Shown here piece by piece: positions 39,777-50,979 of a DNA stretch of 64,000 nt (position 1 is the stretch's first letter; each line of letters opens with the position of its first letter). The stretch is from Squalus acanthias. Taxonomy: Eukaryota. A model generated the notes under the pieces. That model worked only from the letters and a program-made list of their open reading frames with translations, was not told where the DNA came from and did no database searches. A program made the position numbers and the translations under genes. The DNA lies in contig CM059432.1 in assembly GCA_030390025.1 (NCBI GenBank), positions 123,754,001-123,818,000 on the forward strand. The letters run 5' to 3'.

Positions 39777-41440
39777 TGTAGAATTCGCAATATAATCGCG
39801 ATTTTATAAATAAGGAGAAAACACATAGTTTCGTTCAAACAGCTTTATTTCAGAAGAATGCTGTCAGGTTTTCAAAGTGGACACAAGCAGGTTGTAAAAT
39901 GGCCGCCACGCCTCGTGGCAGAACATTCTAGACTTTTCGATAAGCAGACAAGATGGCGTTCCAATAAACATTTGTGCGAGATCGATCAAGACTCAGCACA
40001 TTTGAGATAATACACAAGACATTGTGGGTTTGCAGTATACACATAAATACTGGAATCGGTCTCCCAGGTGCGAATAAGGGCTATTGTACCGAGCGATCAA
40101 GAACCCATCCAAAGACATTAATATGCAAAATCCCCACGACTCTACGATGAGAGAGCCATTTGCGGGTAGTTACAGAAAACATTTGGAAGCCCCAAAACCC
40201 CTCCAGGGAGAATACTGACCGGTTACACAATGGGAGAAGTATTAACAGGTACTCAGGCAGTTACAAGTATCACCGAAACCCATTAAACGGAGATCACTCT
40301 ATACAGGAAGTTTGAGCGCCAAAACTCTGACAAAAGAAAAGACATTAAGATTGGGCGGGAAAAGAGGAGTTTCAGCACTATAACTGTAAGCTACAACCGT
40401 CCATCTTTCTCTTATTCGCTCGCCGTCTTGTTCCTGCCTCTTGACTCTTGACTCTTATCCTCTTGCCGCTTGCATCATGCCTCTGCCTCTTGCTGCTCGA
40501 CTATCGAACTTTCTGATCCGCCAGGATCAGCCTCGTGGCTTGCCGCGAAGATCTGTGTGGAACTGGGCTGTGAAGCCTTGAGACGGGCACACCATCCCGA
40601 GAAGTCGGTAAATGGTGTTGGAACCGAAGGCCCGAGATGAGATGAGATGAGATGAGATGAGATGAGATGAGAAGAGAAGAAGACGACAATACATATCGCC
40701 ACGGTCAGTAAGCCCCGACCGCGCTCGATAAATCAGTAACTGCTTCCCAACTGGCATCGGAAGACTATTCTTCGAATTTTATCGCATCAGGGCGAGGGCA
40801 CAGGAAGACTCTTTTTTGAGTAGTGTCGGAACTCCGAGGACAACACAGATCTTCATGACAGCAGACGGTCCAGCCTGCTAGCCGGAGCAGAAACGAGTAA
40901 ACAAGTGGGGTACAGAGACCCCTGATCAACACGTGGGTGATCAGGTGCTGCGGTAAAAACATCCGAGCAGAGTTTTCGGAATTCTCCGAGTTATCACGAG
41001 TGGTGAGCATGAGTCTCGATCCTACAAATCTAGCTTAGAGCAGGTATTGATAGGGGAGGGTTTAAGTTTTAAGGATAACCGTAATGTGTGCCCCCATTTA
41101 CGATGTGTCGTTCGTTCCTCGTTTCCCTAAAATTAGTTACATAACTGCGTGTAAGATTGTACTGTCATTAATCTGTGCTTATGACATGTATTTCGTAATC
41201 TTGAATAATATGCAATAAAGATTTTCCATTTCGTACCATTCAACCGGGTCTACCTGAGTTTTCTCTCCATTATTGCTCTCGCATCTAAGTCCAGTGTCAG
41301 AACCGTAAGGGCGAGTGGGTCGAACCACTCACAGGTGTCTAGTGCTCCCAGACTGGCTGGAGACCAGAACAGGCGACAAGGCCTAACCTCGCACTAGCAT
41401 CCAGGCTGAGCACAGAGCCACACGTGTCAAAACCCTTACA
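39777..41440 (+). mobile_element. Solo LTR of a related family nested in the 5' LTR
   Basis: TGTAGAATTCGCAAT...AAACCCTTACA; 4-bp TSD GGGT (39773-39776, 41441-41444); the empty site agcagggtgcacc is present in the 3' LTR; colinear but diverged from the host LTR. Confidence 0.93.
40634..40672 (+). repeat. (GAGAT)n microsatellite in the nested LTR
   Basis: About seven GAGAT units; corresponds to the shorter GAGAC repeat in the host LTR. Confidence 0.9.
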
Positions 41441-42262
41441 GGGTGCACCATCCCGAGTGTCGGTAAACGGTGTCTGGACCCGGAGGCCCGAAGAGACGAG
41501 ACGAGACGACAAGAAAAGGAGAAGAATCCACGTGCCGCCACGGTCAGTAAACTCCGACCGCGCCCGAAAATATAATAAAGAACTCTTCATTGAAATCTAC
41601 CGACAACCGGTGTCGGGAACAGGAAGACTCTTCTTTGAACTGTGTCCGAGTTCTACCGAGTTCTTCATGACAACAGAGAGTCTGGCCTGCTTGTCGCAGC
41701 AGCGAAGATAAACAAGTGGGGTACAGAGACCCTTCCAAACACGTGACAGTCAGGCACTGCAGCGAAACGAGCCGAGTGCCTCACTTTAAAATTCTCCGAA
41801 GTAACACGAGTGGTGAGCATGTTTCACGATCCTACAAATCTAGACGTAGTGTAGGTATTGTTAAGGGAGGGTGGTTATTAAGGTTAAGATATAATGTATT
41901 CCCCTTTTTACGATGTGCCGTGCGTTCTTCATTTCCATAGACCAAGCTTTATGAATGTATGTATACTTGTACTTTCGTTAATTTGCACCTATGACATGTA
42001 CTTCATGATTTTGGACGCTATGCAATAAAGATTTCCATTTCATACTATTCAACCGGGTCTATTTGAGTTTTCTCTGCATTACTGCTCCCTGCACATAAGT
42101 CCAGTGTTAGAACTGTAAGGGTGAGTGGGTCGAACCACTCACAGGTGCTTATTGCAATAAGGCTGGCCGGAGACCAGAGCAGGCAATAGTATTAGGCAAC
42201 GAAGGCCTAACCTCGCACCAGCACCGTCTGCGACACAGGCACGTCCAAACCCTTACAGAAAA

Positions 42263-42280
42263 TGGTGACCGCGGCAGGAC
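42263..42280 (+). other. Primer-binding site, tRNA-Arg(TCG)
   Basis: TGGTGACCGCGGCAGGAC, 17/18 complementary (one G:U) to the vertebrate tRNA-Arg(TCG) 3' end GTCCTGCCGCGGTCGCCA as I recall it. Confidence 0.8.
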
Positions 42281-42333
42281 ATTGGCAGCAGGAGAGTAAT
42301 GTTTTAGACCCTGGTTTGAATAGGCGAAATGTG

Positions 42334-44085
42334 ATGGATGAGAGGGTAGCCGACTATATGTTTGGGAAGGTTAACTTAACCAAAAAGTGGATAAGTGACC
42401 TACTGATGGATAAGCGTCCGCTAGATGCCGCCATCAAATGGACAGGCAGTAAAGAGCATAAGAAGTCGGTAGAGAAAGCGGTCTGGCTGATGTGCTACAA
42501 GAAGCAAGTCCAACTTTCGGACCAGGTCATTGTGGCACAGGCAGGTCAGATCAGGGAATTGGAAGTTGAGATGGAGGAAAAGATCACGGGAGGACAAAAA
42601 CTCATTGCATCATTGAATGCGTTACATCAGGAACGCCAAATAGTAGCCAACCACCACGAGGCTAAAATTGATTACCTAGAATGTCAGGTCACGGAAGCAA
42701 AATTAAACGAGGGTAGAATTAGAGAACGGTGTGTCCGCCTAGCTAACCAGATAAAAGCCCAGGAAGAAAGCTTGAAGGGAGTTAGGGCGGCATATAAGAT
42801 GGCCCTCGAGGATAGGCATGAGGGAGCCTACCACAGTGTTTGCCAGAAGGAGATAGGGAACCTAAGAGAGGCCCTGAATAAGGCAAATGGCTTGGTGTGC
42901 CTCATCAGCCCGTCAGCACACCAGCCACAGGTGGGTAGGGAATTCCCAAAATCCCTACCAGACAAAGCAGAGGAGGTATTTGCCACTGCGCCCTCCGCGC
43001 CACCCAGCTATTCGGCAACCTGGGTAAGGGAGGAAGTGGTGGAAATAGAGAAGGAGGTCCCCGAGGTAGGACAGTCCCCGGAGGTAGAGCCGAGACCGGG
43101 ACCGATGTGTCCGCTCCGAGGTCACAAGAGAGGCCCGAATGCAGCCAATGGGGATGACGGGGATGTCCTGAACCAGCTTGTATTGCCCCACAGCTCGCAC
43201 CAGCTGAGAGCAATGATTAGCCATGTACGGAAGCTATCCGAGTCAGACGACCCTTCCGTACATTTTAGGGAAGTAGAACAGACCGCAGCAATTAATGGCT
43301 GCGATGATGAGGAAAAGACCAAAATGTTGCTGTTCTCATTAGATAGCTCGATCCTTCAGTGTCTCTCAGACGAGAGCAAGAAGGGAAATAAAACCTATGA
43401 GGAGTTACGGGACGAGGTCCTAGAAGTGTTAGGGGCGGATGACGAAGGTCCGTTCGTCAGATTGAGTCAAACCATACAGACGGAGGGAGAACCCCCGAAG
43501 GTTTTCGCCGACAGGCTGTGGCCAGTATACCAGCGTAGCTGCCCAGGTGCGCCAGCGCGCGCCTATCTGAATGGCGCCGGGAAAGCTCATTGGCTCAGGT
43601 GTCTAGTAGCCAATAGTTTGCCAGCCATCAGGGAGCAGGCCAGAGCGTGGTTTGATCCCACTAACCCCGCCACAACAGAGGAGTCTGTCCTAAATCGACT
43701 CACAATAGGGTATCGGAACACTAGGAGCACGGGAGCGCGTCCCCTTAAGGGAAAGGTGCATGAGGCAAGGCCCGCAGCCCCGGCTCAGAAAGAGTGGCAT
43801 CAGGAGGGAAATCGCGCCCCACAAACCAGTGGTGTTTGCTACGGGTGCGGGAAGACAGGTCACTGGCGTAAAAACTACAGGAACACCTGGAAGGACTCCA
43901 GGGACAAAGCTCCCGCAGTCTGAACCCAAGCGCCTGTCTCTGAGAAAGGAGCCGGTGTGCCTATCCATCCCGATGCGATAGAATCAATGTTGGGAGCCAT
44001 GCGGTCCCTTATGATTTCGCAAGGGAGGGTGGCAGTCGCTACCGGCCCCACAGATGCCACAACCCCGTCCACCGGTACCCAATGA
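42334..44085 (+). pseudogene. gag: gag (one premature TGA at 43921; zinc knuckle ends in Tyr)
   Basis: Long ORF with a coiled-coil-like N-terminal half, PSAPPSY, capsid-like QTEGEPPKVFADRL and CYGCGKTGHWRKNY. The frame continues 53 codons past 43923 to TGA 44083. Confidence 0.88.
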
Positions 44086-47000
44086 CTAAAGCCCGCGCAG
44101 CCCGTCTACCTGTGTCCGCTCAGCTATGATGCGTGGAAAAGACCCCTGGTAGAGATGGAGGTAGAGAAGCAGAAGGGTAGTTACTTGTTGGACACGGGAG
44201 CTTCATGCACCATGATCCATACAGATAGCCCCTTTGACTCACCACTGTCTACCAAGGTCCCATTCACATTAGCGGGGTTCACGGGAAAAGAGCAGGCTGG
44301 CGCGTTCTCCATTCCGCTCTCCATTCATTGAGGAGCACTCCACACCACATGGAAGTGCATACTGATGAAATGGCAAGAGGGGGGTGGCAGAGGTATCCTC
44401 GGATCGGATCTCCTAGCGGAACACGGGATCCTCGTGGACCTTAGGAATCACTGTCTCTGGGGAGCCAAGGGTGGGAAAGGCAAGGTAGTTGTAATCCCGG
44501 GGAAGGAAGGTAAAGGGGCCCTGTGTACCATGAAGCCTTCCGGAGGTTACGACCTCGGGCTTATGGTCGCGGATGTCCCAACGGACATGCAAACGTACGT
44601 GTCAGATACTATGCACGTGTTTGCAACCCACAAGCACGATTGTGGGAGGGTTACCGGGTTTGAGGTCAGCATAGACGGGGACCCCATGACCCGGCCCCAA
44701 AAGCAGTATAACTTCCCCAAAGAAGCAGAACCCGACATGGAGACAGCAATGTTCTCATTGGTGCAGCAGGGCGTGTTGAGGCCGATAGCCACACACGTGA
44801 ACTCCCCATTATGGCCGGTAAGGAAGCCGGATAATTCGTGGAGGGCCACGGTGGACTACAGAGTCCTTAACAGTAACATCCCCGCCTGCGCGCCCACAGT
44901 AGCAGCAGTTGCTGACCTAATAGGGAGTATCCCAGCGTCCGCGACCACGTTCATGGTGCTGGATATCTCGAATGGTTTTTGGTCCATCCCGCTGCGACGA
45001 GAGGACCAGTACAAGTTTGCCTTTACTTTCAAAGGACAACAGTACACATGGAACTGTTTGCCACAGGGTTTCCACAACAGCCCCAGTATTTTCCATCAGT
45101 GTATGGCAGGAAGTTTAAAGGAGTTTAGACAGCCCAATCAGATAGTGCAGTACGTGGATGATTTGCTCCTGTTCACGGACTCAAGGGAGGAGCATGGACC
45201 ACTGCTAGCCGAGTTATTGGAGCTGCTAGCGAGAAAGGGTTTTAAAGTTAACCCTAAGAAAGCACGGATCGGTCAGCAGGAAGTAAAATTCCTGGGTCTG
45301 ACCATTCGCGCTGGGGAAAGAGCCATAGATAAGGCTAGGAGGGAGTCGGTGCAGGAGTTACCGATTCCCAACACCATAACGGGTGTGAGGTCCTTTCTGG
45401 GACTGACCGGTTACTCTAGAGACTTCATCGAGGACTATGCGGCCACAGCAGCTCCGCTGCTCCGACTCCTCCATAAGGGAGTGGAGTGGTCTTGGGACGA
45501 GGGTTGCCAGGCAGCCTTCGAGAAGTTAAAAAGGGATCTGCAGACCGCGCCAGCTTTAGGGGCCATAGATGGGGGGAGGAGTTTTTCCTGGAGGTAGCTG
45601 CCAGCGGAGACAGCTTGAGCGCTGTGCTGCTCCAAGAGCGTCACGGCAAGCTGAGGCCGGTTGTCTATTCGACCAGGGTGTTAACGGATGTGGAGAGGAG
45701 TTTTTCCAACTGCGAAAGGCATCTTTTAGCCACGCATTGGGCTGTGAAAAGATCAGCGATCTTCACAGGGCTCTCTCCCATCACTCTCCTCACCCATCAC
45801 ACACCAACTAAGATGCTTCTAAATGGGAGGATTAAGGATGGGACCGTAAGCAGCGCTCGTATTGCGTGCTGGACCCTTCTCCTTTCCCAGATGGATCTTA
45901 GGGTTAAAGGTCTTTGCGAGCCCAAGCTCGCGGCCAACTTGGTATACCCTGGAACAGCCCACCAGTGTTCGGTGGAAGGGGTGTGGGAGGTCAACAAAGG
46001 TTTGCGGGCCGGGATACATCCCACAGGTCGCGAGATTTATGTTGATGGTTCCAGCACAGTGTCCGCTGGCGAACGACTCACAGGGTGTGGAGTTTATGAG
46101 CCCGCGGCAAACCTTGCCCTGGCAATTAAACTCCCCAGCACGATGAGCGCGCAGCAGGCTGAGCTGTCTGCGGTGGCGTATGTAGTGACCCACCCAGAGA
46201 TCTTCCCAACCCCATACATGATTTGTTCGGACAGTATGTTTACGTGCAATTCGTGTACGGAATACCTGGCCATTTGGTCCCGCCGTGGTTACACCTCCGC
46301 GGACGGGCGACCTTTAACGGTGAAGTCCTTGCTGGAAAAGATCCTAGCAGCAGTAGGGGAGGAAGGGGAGATTTTCATCCATAAGGTGAAGGCTCACTCC
46401 TCCACAGAGCCCCGCGGGGAGGGCAACCAGCAGGCGGATGCGCTAGCCAGGGAGGGTGCCCGTAACGGCATTTTCTGGGACCCCTATGGACCCGGACCCG
46501 TTGCAGCGATCCAAGGCAGGGAAGGGAATCCCGGGAACACCAGGGTAGCACTGCCCCTAGACCTTAAGACCATCCAGAACCAGGATCCCGCCCTAAAAGC
46601 AGTTCTCAGAACGATTACTGAGGGCAAGCAGGTAGAGGGCCCGTACAGTACGGCAACCCTCTCCGTTAAAGAAGGCATGCTGTTCCGCGAGGAACAGTGG
46701 GTTGTGCCGCAGCAGCACAGGAGGGAATTCCTCCAGTTGGCTCATGAGGGGCCGGGGGCAGGACACCCCGGGCCCGAGGTTACCTGGCAACGGGTAGAGC
46801 AGGCGGGATGGTGGCCGGGACTCAGGGAGCAGGTCCGCGAGTTCTGTGCAAACTGTCTTGTGTGCGCTGCAAACAACCCAGACCCCCAGAAAAGGAAAGT
46901 GCACATGGGGCACATCAGGAGGGTGGAGGGACCATGGCAGTCGATACAGATCGATTACATAGGGCCCCTGCCCACCACCCAGGGAGGCTACAAATACTGC

Positions 47001-48323
47001 CTCGTCTTGGTGGATGTGTTTTCCAAATGGGTAGAAGCCTTCCCCTGTAGAACAGCTACGGCGTTGGGTACTGCCAAGATCTTGGTCCGGGAAGTGTTCT
47101 CGCGGTGGGGACTCCCCCGTTTCGTGGAGTCAGACCAAGGGAGTCACTTCACCGGCCAGGTGATGCAGAACACCCTCATGCTTTTGGGCATTGAAGGGAA
47201 GTGGCACGTAGCGCACAATCCCCAGTCATCAGGGATTGTTGAACGCATGAACCGGACCCTCAAGGAGAAGCTGAGGAAAGAGACTATGAACTCGCCCCAA
47301 AAATGGGCGGAGGTTCTGCCTCTAGTCCTCATGGGAATCCGGGCCAGCCAGTCGAAGAGTACGGGGTATTCCCCGTACGAGGTGATGACTGGGAGGATCA
47401 TGCGAACCCCCACCCATGTACTAGCCCCGGTGCTCACTGAGGGTCAGCTCCAAGAGGTGAAACGGGACAAGTTTGTCCAGACCCTCTTGGAGCGCCTGAA
47501 GCAGGTTTACAAGCAGGCGGCTGGGAACATGGGAAGACAGCACCAGGGCAATCGCCTGTTGCTGGAACCCCGCAAGAAGCAGGAGTGGGAAGTCGGAGAT
47601 CAGGTCATGGTTAGGAACTATGCCAGAGTAGGGAGTTTGGAACCACTGTATATGGGACCCTACAGTATTGTAGATAAGGCGAGTCCCATGGTATACACTG
47701 TAAAGGTACTTCGGCGCACGAAATGGTTCCATATTAACCAGTGCAAGCTGTATAAACCGGGTGCACAGGGGCCAATCACAGGGGCCAAACCTGCGAGTGG
47801 GGACTCGCAGCCCCGGGTAGAACCGCAGGGCACACAGACCGGTAAAGCAGCCTGCTTGAGGGGAGAGGACATTCTGGAAAAGTGTAGGATCTTTTCTTGG
47901 GGTTGGGATTCAGATGAGGAAGAGCTCGGGGAGCTCGATCAAGGTAGTGACCCGGTCGGAGAGGTGGTGGGGTCGGAGGACGAAGGTTTCGCCCTCGACC
48001 CAAGAATAGAGGAGACAGGGATTGCGAGTGGAGGTCCACACAGGGTGGAATCGGAAACCGCAAATCCTGAGCCCAGGGGGGCGGAGCCAGGGGAGACGGA
48101 GCCGGCGGCTGTGGTGGGACCACAGGCCGTGACGGTGGAAGTCTCAGTTTCCGGTCTGTCGGCCCTGGAAATCTTGCCCAAGGTAGCCCTCCGTAGGTCA
48201 AGTCGGACACCCCAGCCCAGGATGTCGTGGTCAAATCCCCCGTACACCCCCAGGCGTAAGTTCAAGGCAGCCCAGGGAGATCCCAGTCCCAGCGCAGCAG
48301 CGACAGGCTGCGGCAGATCATAG
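44086..48323 (+). pseudogene. pol: pro-pol: protease, RT, tether, RNase H, integrase (stop at 44329, frameshift in the G-run 45571-45576)
   Basis: LLDTGAS (44185-44205), ILGSD, NSPLWPVRK, LDISNGFW, LPQGFHNSP, YVDD (45151), IYVDGSS..AELSA..SDS..KAHS..GNQQAD, HHCC, D-D-E, GPY. Confidence 0.95.
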
Positions 48324-48621
48324 GAAGGGGTCAGTGCCCCCCCGCCACTGGGAAAAGCTCGTGGCAGCCTTCGCAGAATTTAGATAGGCCGCCCTGGGAA
48401 CGGGCGGCGCTGTACAGTTAAGTTTAGGATAAGTTTAAGTTTATAGTTTTTTAAGTCAGGTTAAGTTTGTAGTTTAATTTTAAAGGTAAATGGTAAAATG
48501 ATGGGAGTTAGTGATAGGAATAGTTAAAGTCTATCCAGCATACATGTCTTTTTACGTGAGACGAGGTCAAGGGACCCGCTCACCCTTCACAAAAGCCAGA
48601 GACTCTTGGGAGGCTGGCTAC

Positions 48622-48641
48622 ATCATTTTATCTGATCACAG
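48622..48641 (+). promoter_or_regulatory. Candidate env splice acceptor
   Basis: catcattttatctgatcacAG|G lies 12 nt upstream of the env ATG. Confidence 0.5.
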
Positions 48642-48653
48642 GAACCAGGAGAG

Positions 48654-50979
48654 ATGGAAAGGATTCTGATAGTGCTCGCAACGATCGGATATGGATTGGC
48701 CTATCGAGGCCTCACCAAGGATGTCGTTGTGTTCGGTTGCTCCGGGGACACGGGCCCCATCGCGACGGATGGGACCGGGGAGCGAGAGGCTGAGGAAACC
48801 GCCACTGATTTCCACAAGGGAAGGTGGCCGGGATGGCTGGGAACGAATTCAACGGAATACTCCAGTGCATCCGGATTTGCCTACAAAGAGACTTCTTTAC
48901 TGTGTCCCAGGGTGAGGATCATTGCACCCAGAATCAGCGTCACCGTCGGCAAAAGGATTTGTTTGACATGCAATGGGAAGGTCCCATTGAGCCGATGGTG
49001 GTGGTTACGGAAATTAAGCAAGACTATGAGAAATTCCTCGGTTGAGTGGGAACGATTGGGTAACAATACCCATCGGACAATTACGGGGACTAACGGACAA
49101 TTGAAAGTCTGTTGGGACAAATGGTGGGAACCGGATGAGGGAATATATGTGTGTATGTGGGGATCGAAGTACGTTTGCCCCAAGGGTATATCCATATTTT
49201 TCGTACACCAGTGGCAGGATAACGGGAAAGGGATGAGGTGGGACGTCAGCACAAAGGGGTGCGGAGCTCCATTCTCCCCGATCCTGGTAAACGCCACTGA
49301 ACTCATCACGCGCCCACGCAAGTCTCCGCCCACGATTCCGGTGGCTTCGGCTCAGGAGGAAGGGTGCCCTAAAACCAGTAAGGGGCCCGGGAATGGTTTG
49401 GTACTGGTGCCAACAGACCAGATACTATTTCAAGGGGTACATTACGCGGTGGCCTCGGTGATTCTAAATCTCACCGAGGTGCGTTTACCAGAGTGGTGTC
49501 CCAAAGAAATGGAACAATTGTACCAGGTCCTGTTGACAAACATGTTCAGACAATTCTATGAGTTTGATTTTGCAGAGGTTGACAAAACAAGCTTGTATAC
49601 CACACCACACAAAGTTTTGGGTCAGGTGGGGAGAACGATATGTTCACCGCCTTTAATACAGGAACGTCTGTGGTCAACGCTCTAGACAATGTGGAGCTGC
49701 AGACCCAGATCAACGGTTTAAAAACACAGTTAAAAAGCATCCTCACAAGCGAAAACAAGGTAGTAGGGTCTGAGTTACACGAGGACCAGGCCATGACACT
49801 ACACTTAAAAGAAATTATAGCAGAGCTGGAGAAGCACGCGAGAACGGTAAATGCCCTGATCAGGGAAGATCGGAATGCATCCGATCAAGCTGCGCAGAAC
49901 GAGGTGTGCGTACTATACGGGGCGTGGTTACTGGGCGAGGGCCGCAGTAATTTGGAGGATTTAAAACAAGGTTTGGTCCCGTCCTGGATAAGTAACAAAC
50001 ACCTGCAGGCGCTCCACCCTTTTTAGAACACATTAAGCCCGTGCCAGCTCAGGCTAGCCTCAGAGGCATACCCAGTCCCCGTGGACTGCGGACGGTCAAA
50101 CCATACCATCATGGGTATAGTGCTACGGATGCCGGTGATGGGCGACACAGCAAAGCCCGCCCCGGTGTACCGGGTGGAGAACATTGGTGTCATTCAGGGG
50201 GGAGCCCACATTCGCTACGCAGCGGTCCCACCTTACGTCATCCGCTGGGAGCAAACGATGACAGCTACCGACCTATCGGGTTGTCGTGGCCGGGGAGCAC
50301 ACATCATACTGTGTCCCCAGCACTTGAATGCCTTTTTAACACCACAATGCGGGTTCAGAACGGCTGGCGCGAAGCCCATGAATTGCACCATGGAGGCAAT
50401 GACACAAGATCATGTGCCTCCGCAGGTGGCATACATAGGGGGTGGAACGTATTGCGTTACCACTGCAGCGCAACACTACCAGCATGGACAGCACAGCCGG
50501 TGAGTGACTGCAGTTTCTGTTTTAAACCCAGGGCTGAAGTTCGAGTGGCACAACAGCGAATTGTCCCGATACCTGAACCATCCACTGTTCACCTCACAGT
50601 AAAAGAGAATTTCACAGACTTGCAGCGATTCATCGCGCATTTCGGGTACATCATTCCCCCTCTCCCTGAACACCTCACCAAGATTTTAAAAGCCGTCATG
50701 GTATCACAGAAACATTTTTACACCCTGGAACAAAAGACTGTAGAGATAGGGACAGAGATACTGGACATAGTAGTCCCACCGTGGTGGGATCTGTTCACTA
50801 ATATTGAAGTTCCGTCATGGATCAGGATAGCTTCCCACATTTTGGTTGTGTGCCAAGTTATAATTGTAGTGTACCTATTGGTCGTACACTGCAAAAGAGG
50901 CAAACGCCTCACAAACCAGGAGAACACAGGGGAGTGGAGAGAACGTTACGTGCGCGTGAACGAGGAAAGTACCGCGTAA
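48654..50979 (+). pseudogene. env: env: signal peptide, Ig-like domain, F-like class I fusion protein, TM (frameshifts ~49630 and ~50495, stop 50024)
   Basis: Joined from ORFs 48654-49685, 49640-50026, 50081-50503 and the end of 50041-50979; hydrophobic N-terminus, several N-glycosylation sequons, heptad repeat, Cys-rich block, TM IASHILVVCQVIIVVYLLVV. Confidence 0.88.

Larger units (their letters stand above)
38969..42257 (+). repeat. 5' LTR (1621 bp after removing the nested solo LTR and its TSD)
   Basis: Colinear with 51377-57133; TG...CA termini; AATAAA at 42024-42029. Confidence 0.95.

Noticed and set aside
42262..42264. ATG as the gag start
   Set aside because: It overlaps the PBS and exists only because of the T mismatch to the tRNA; 42334 is preferred but unproven.
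43921..43923. TGA as the natural end of gag
   Set aside because: The frame continues open to a TGA in readthrough context just before the protease; a CGA>TGA change is the simpler explanation.
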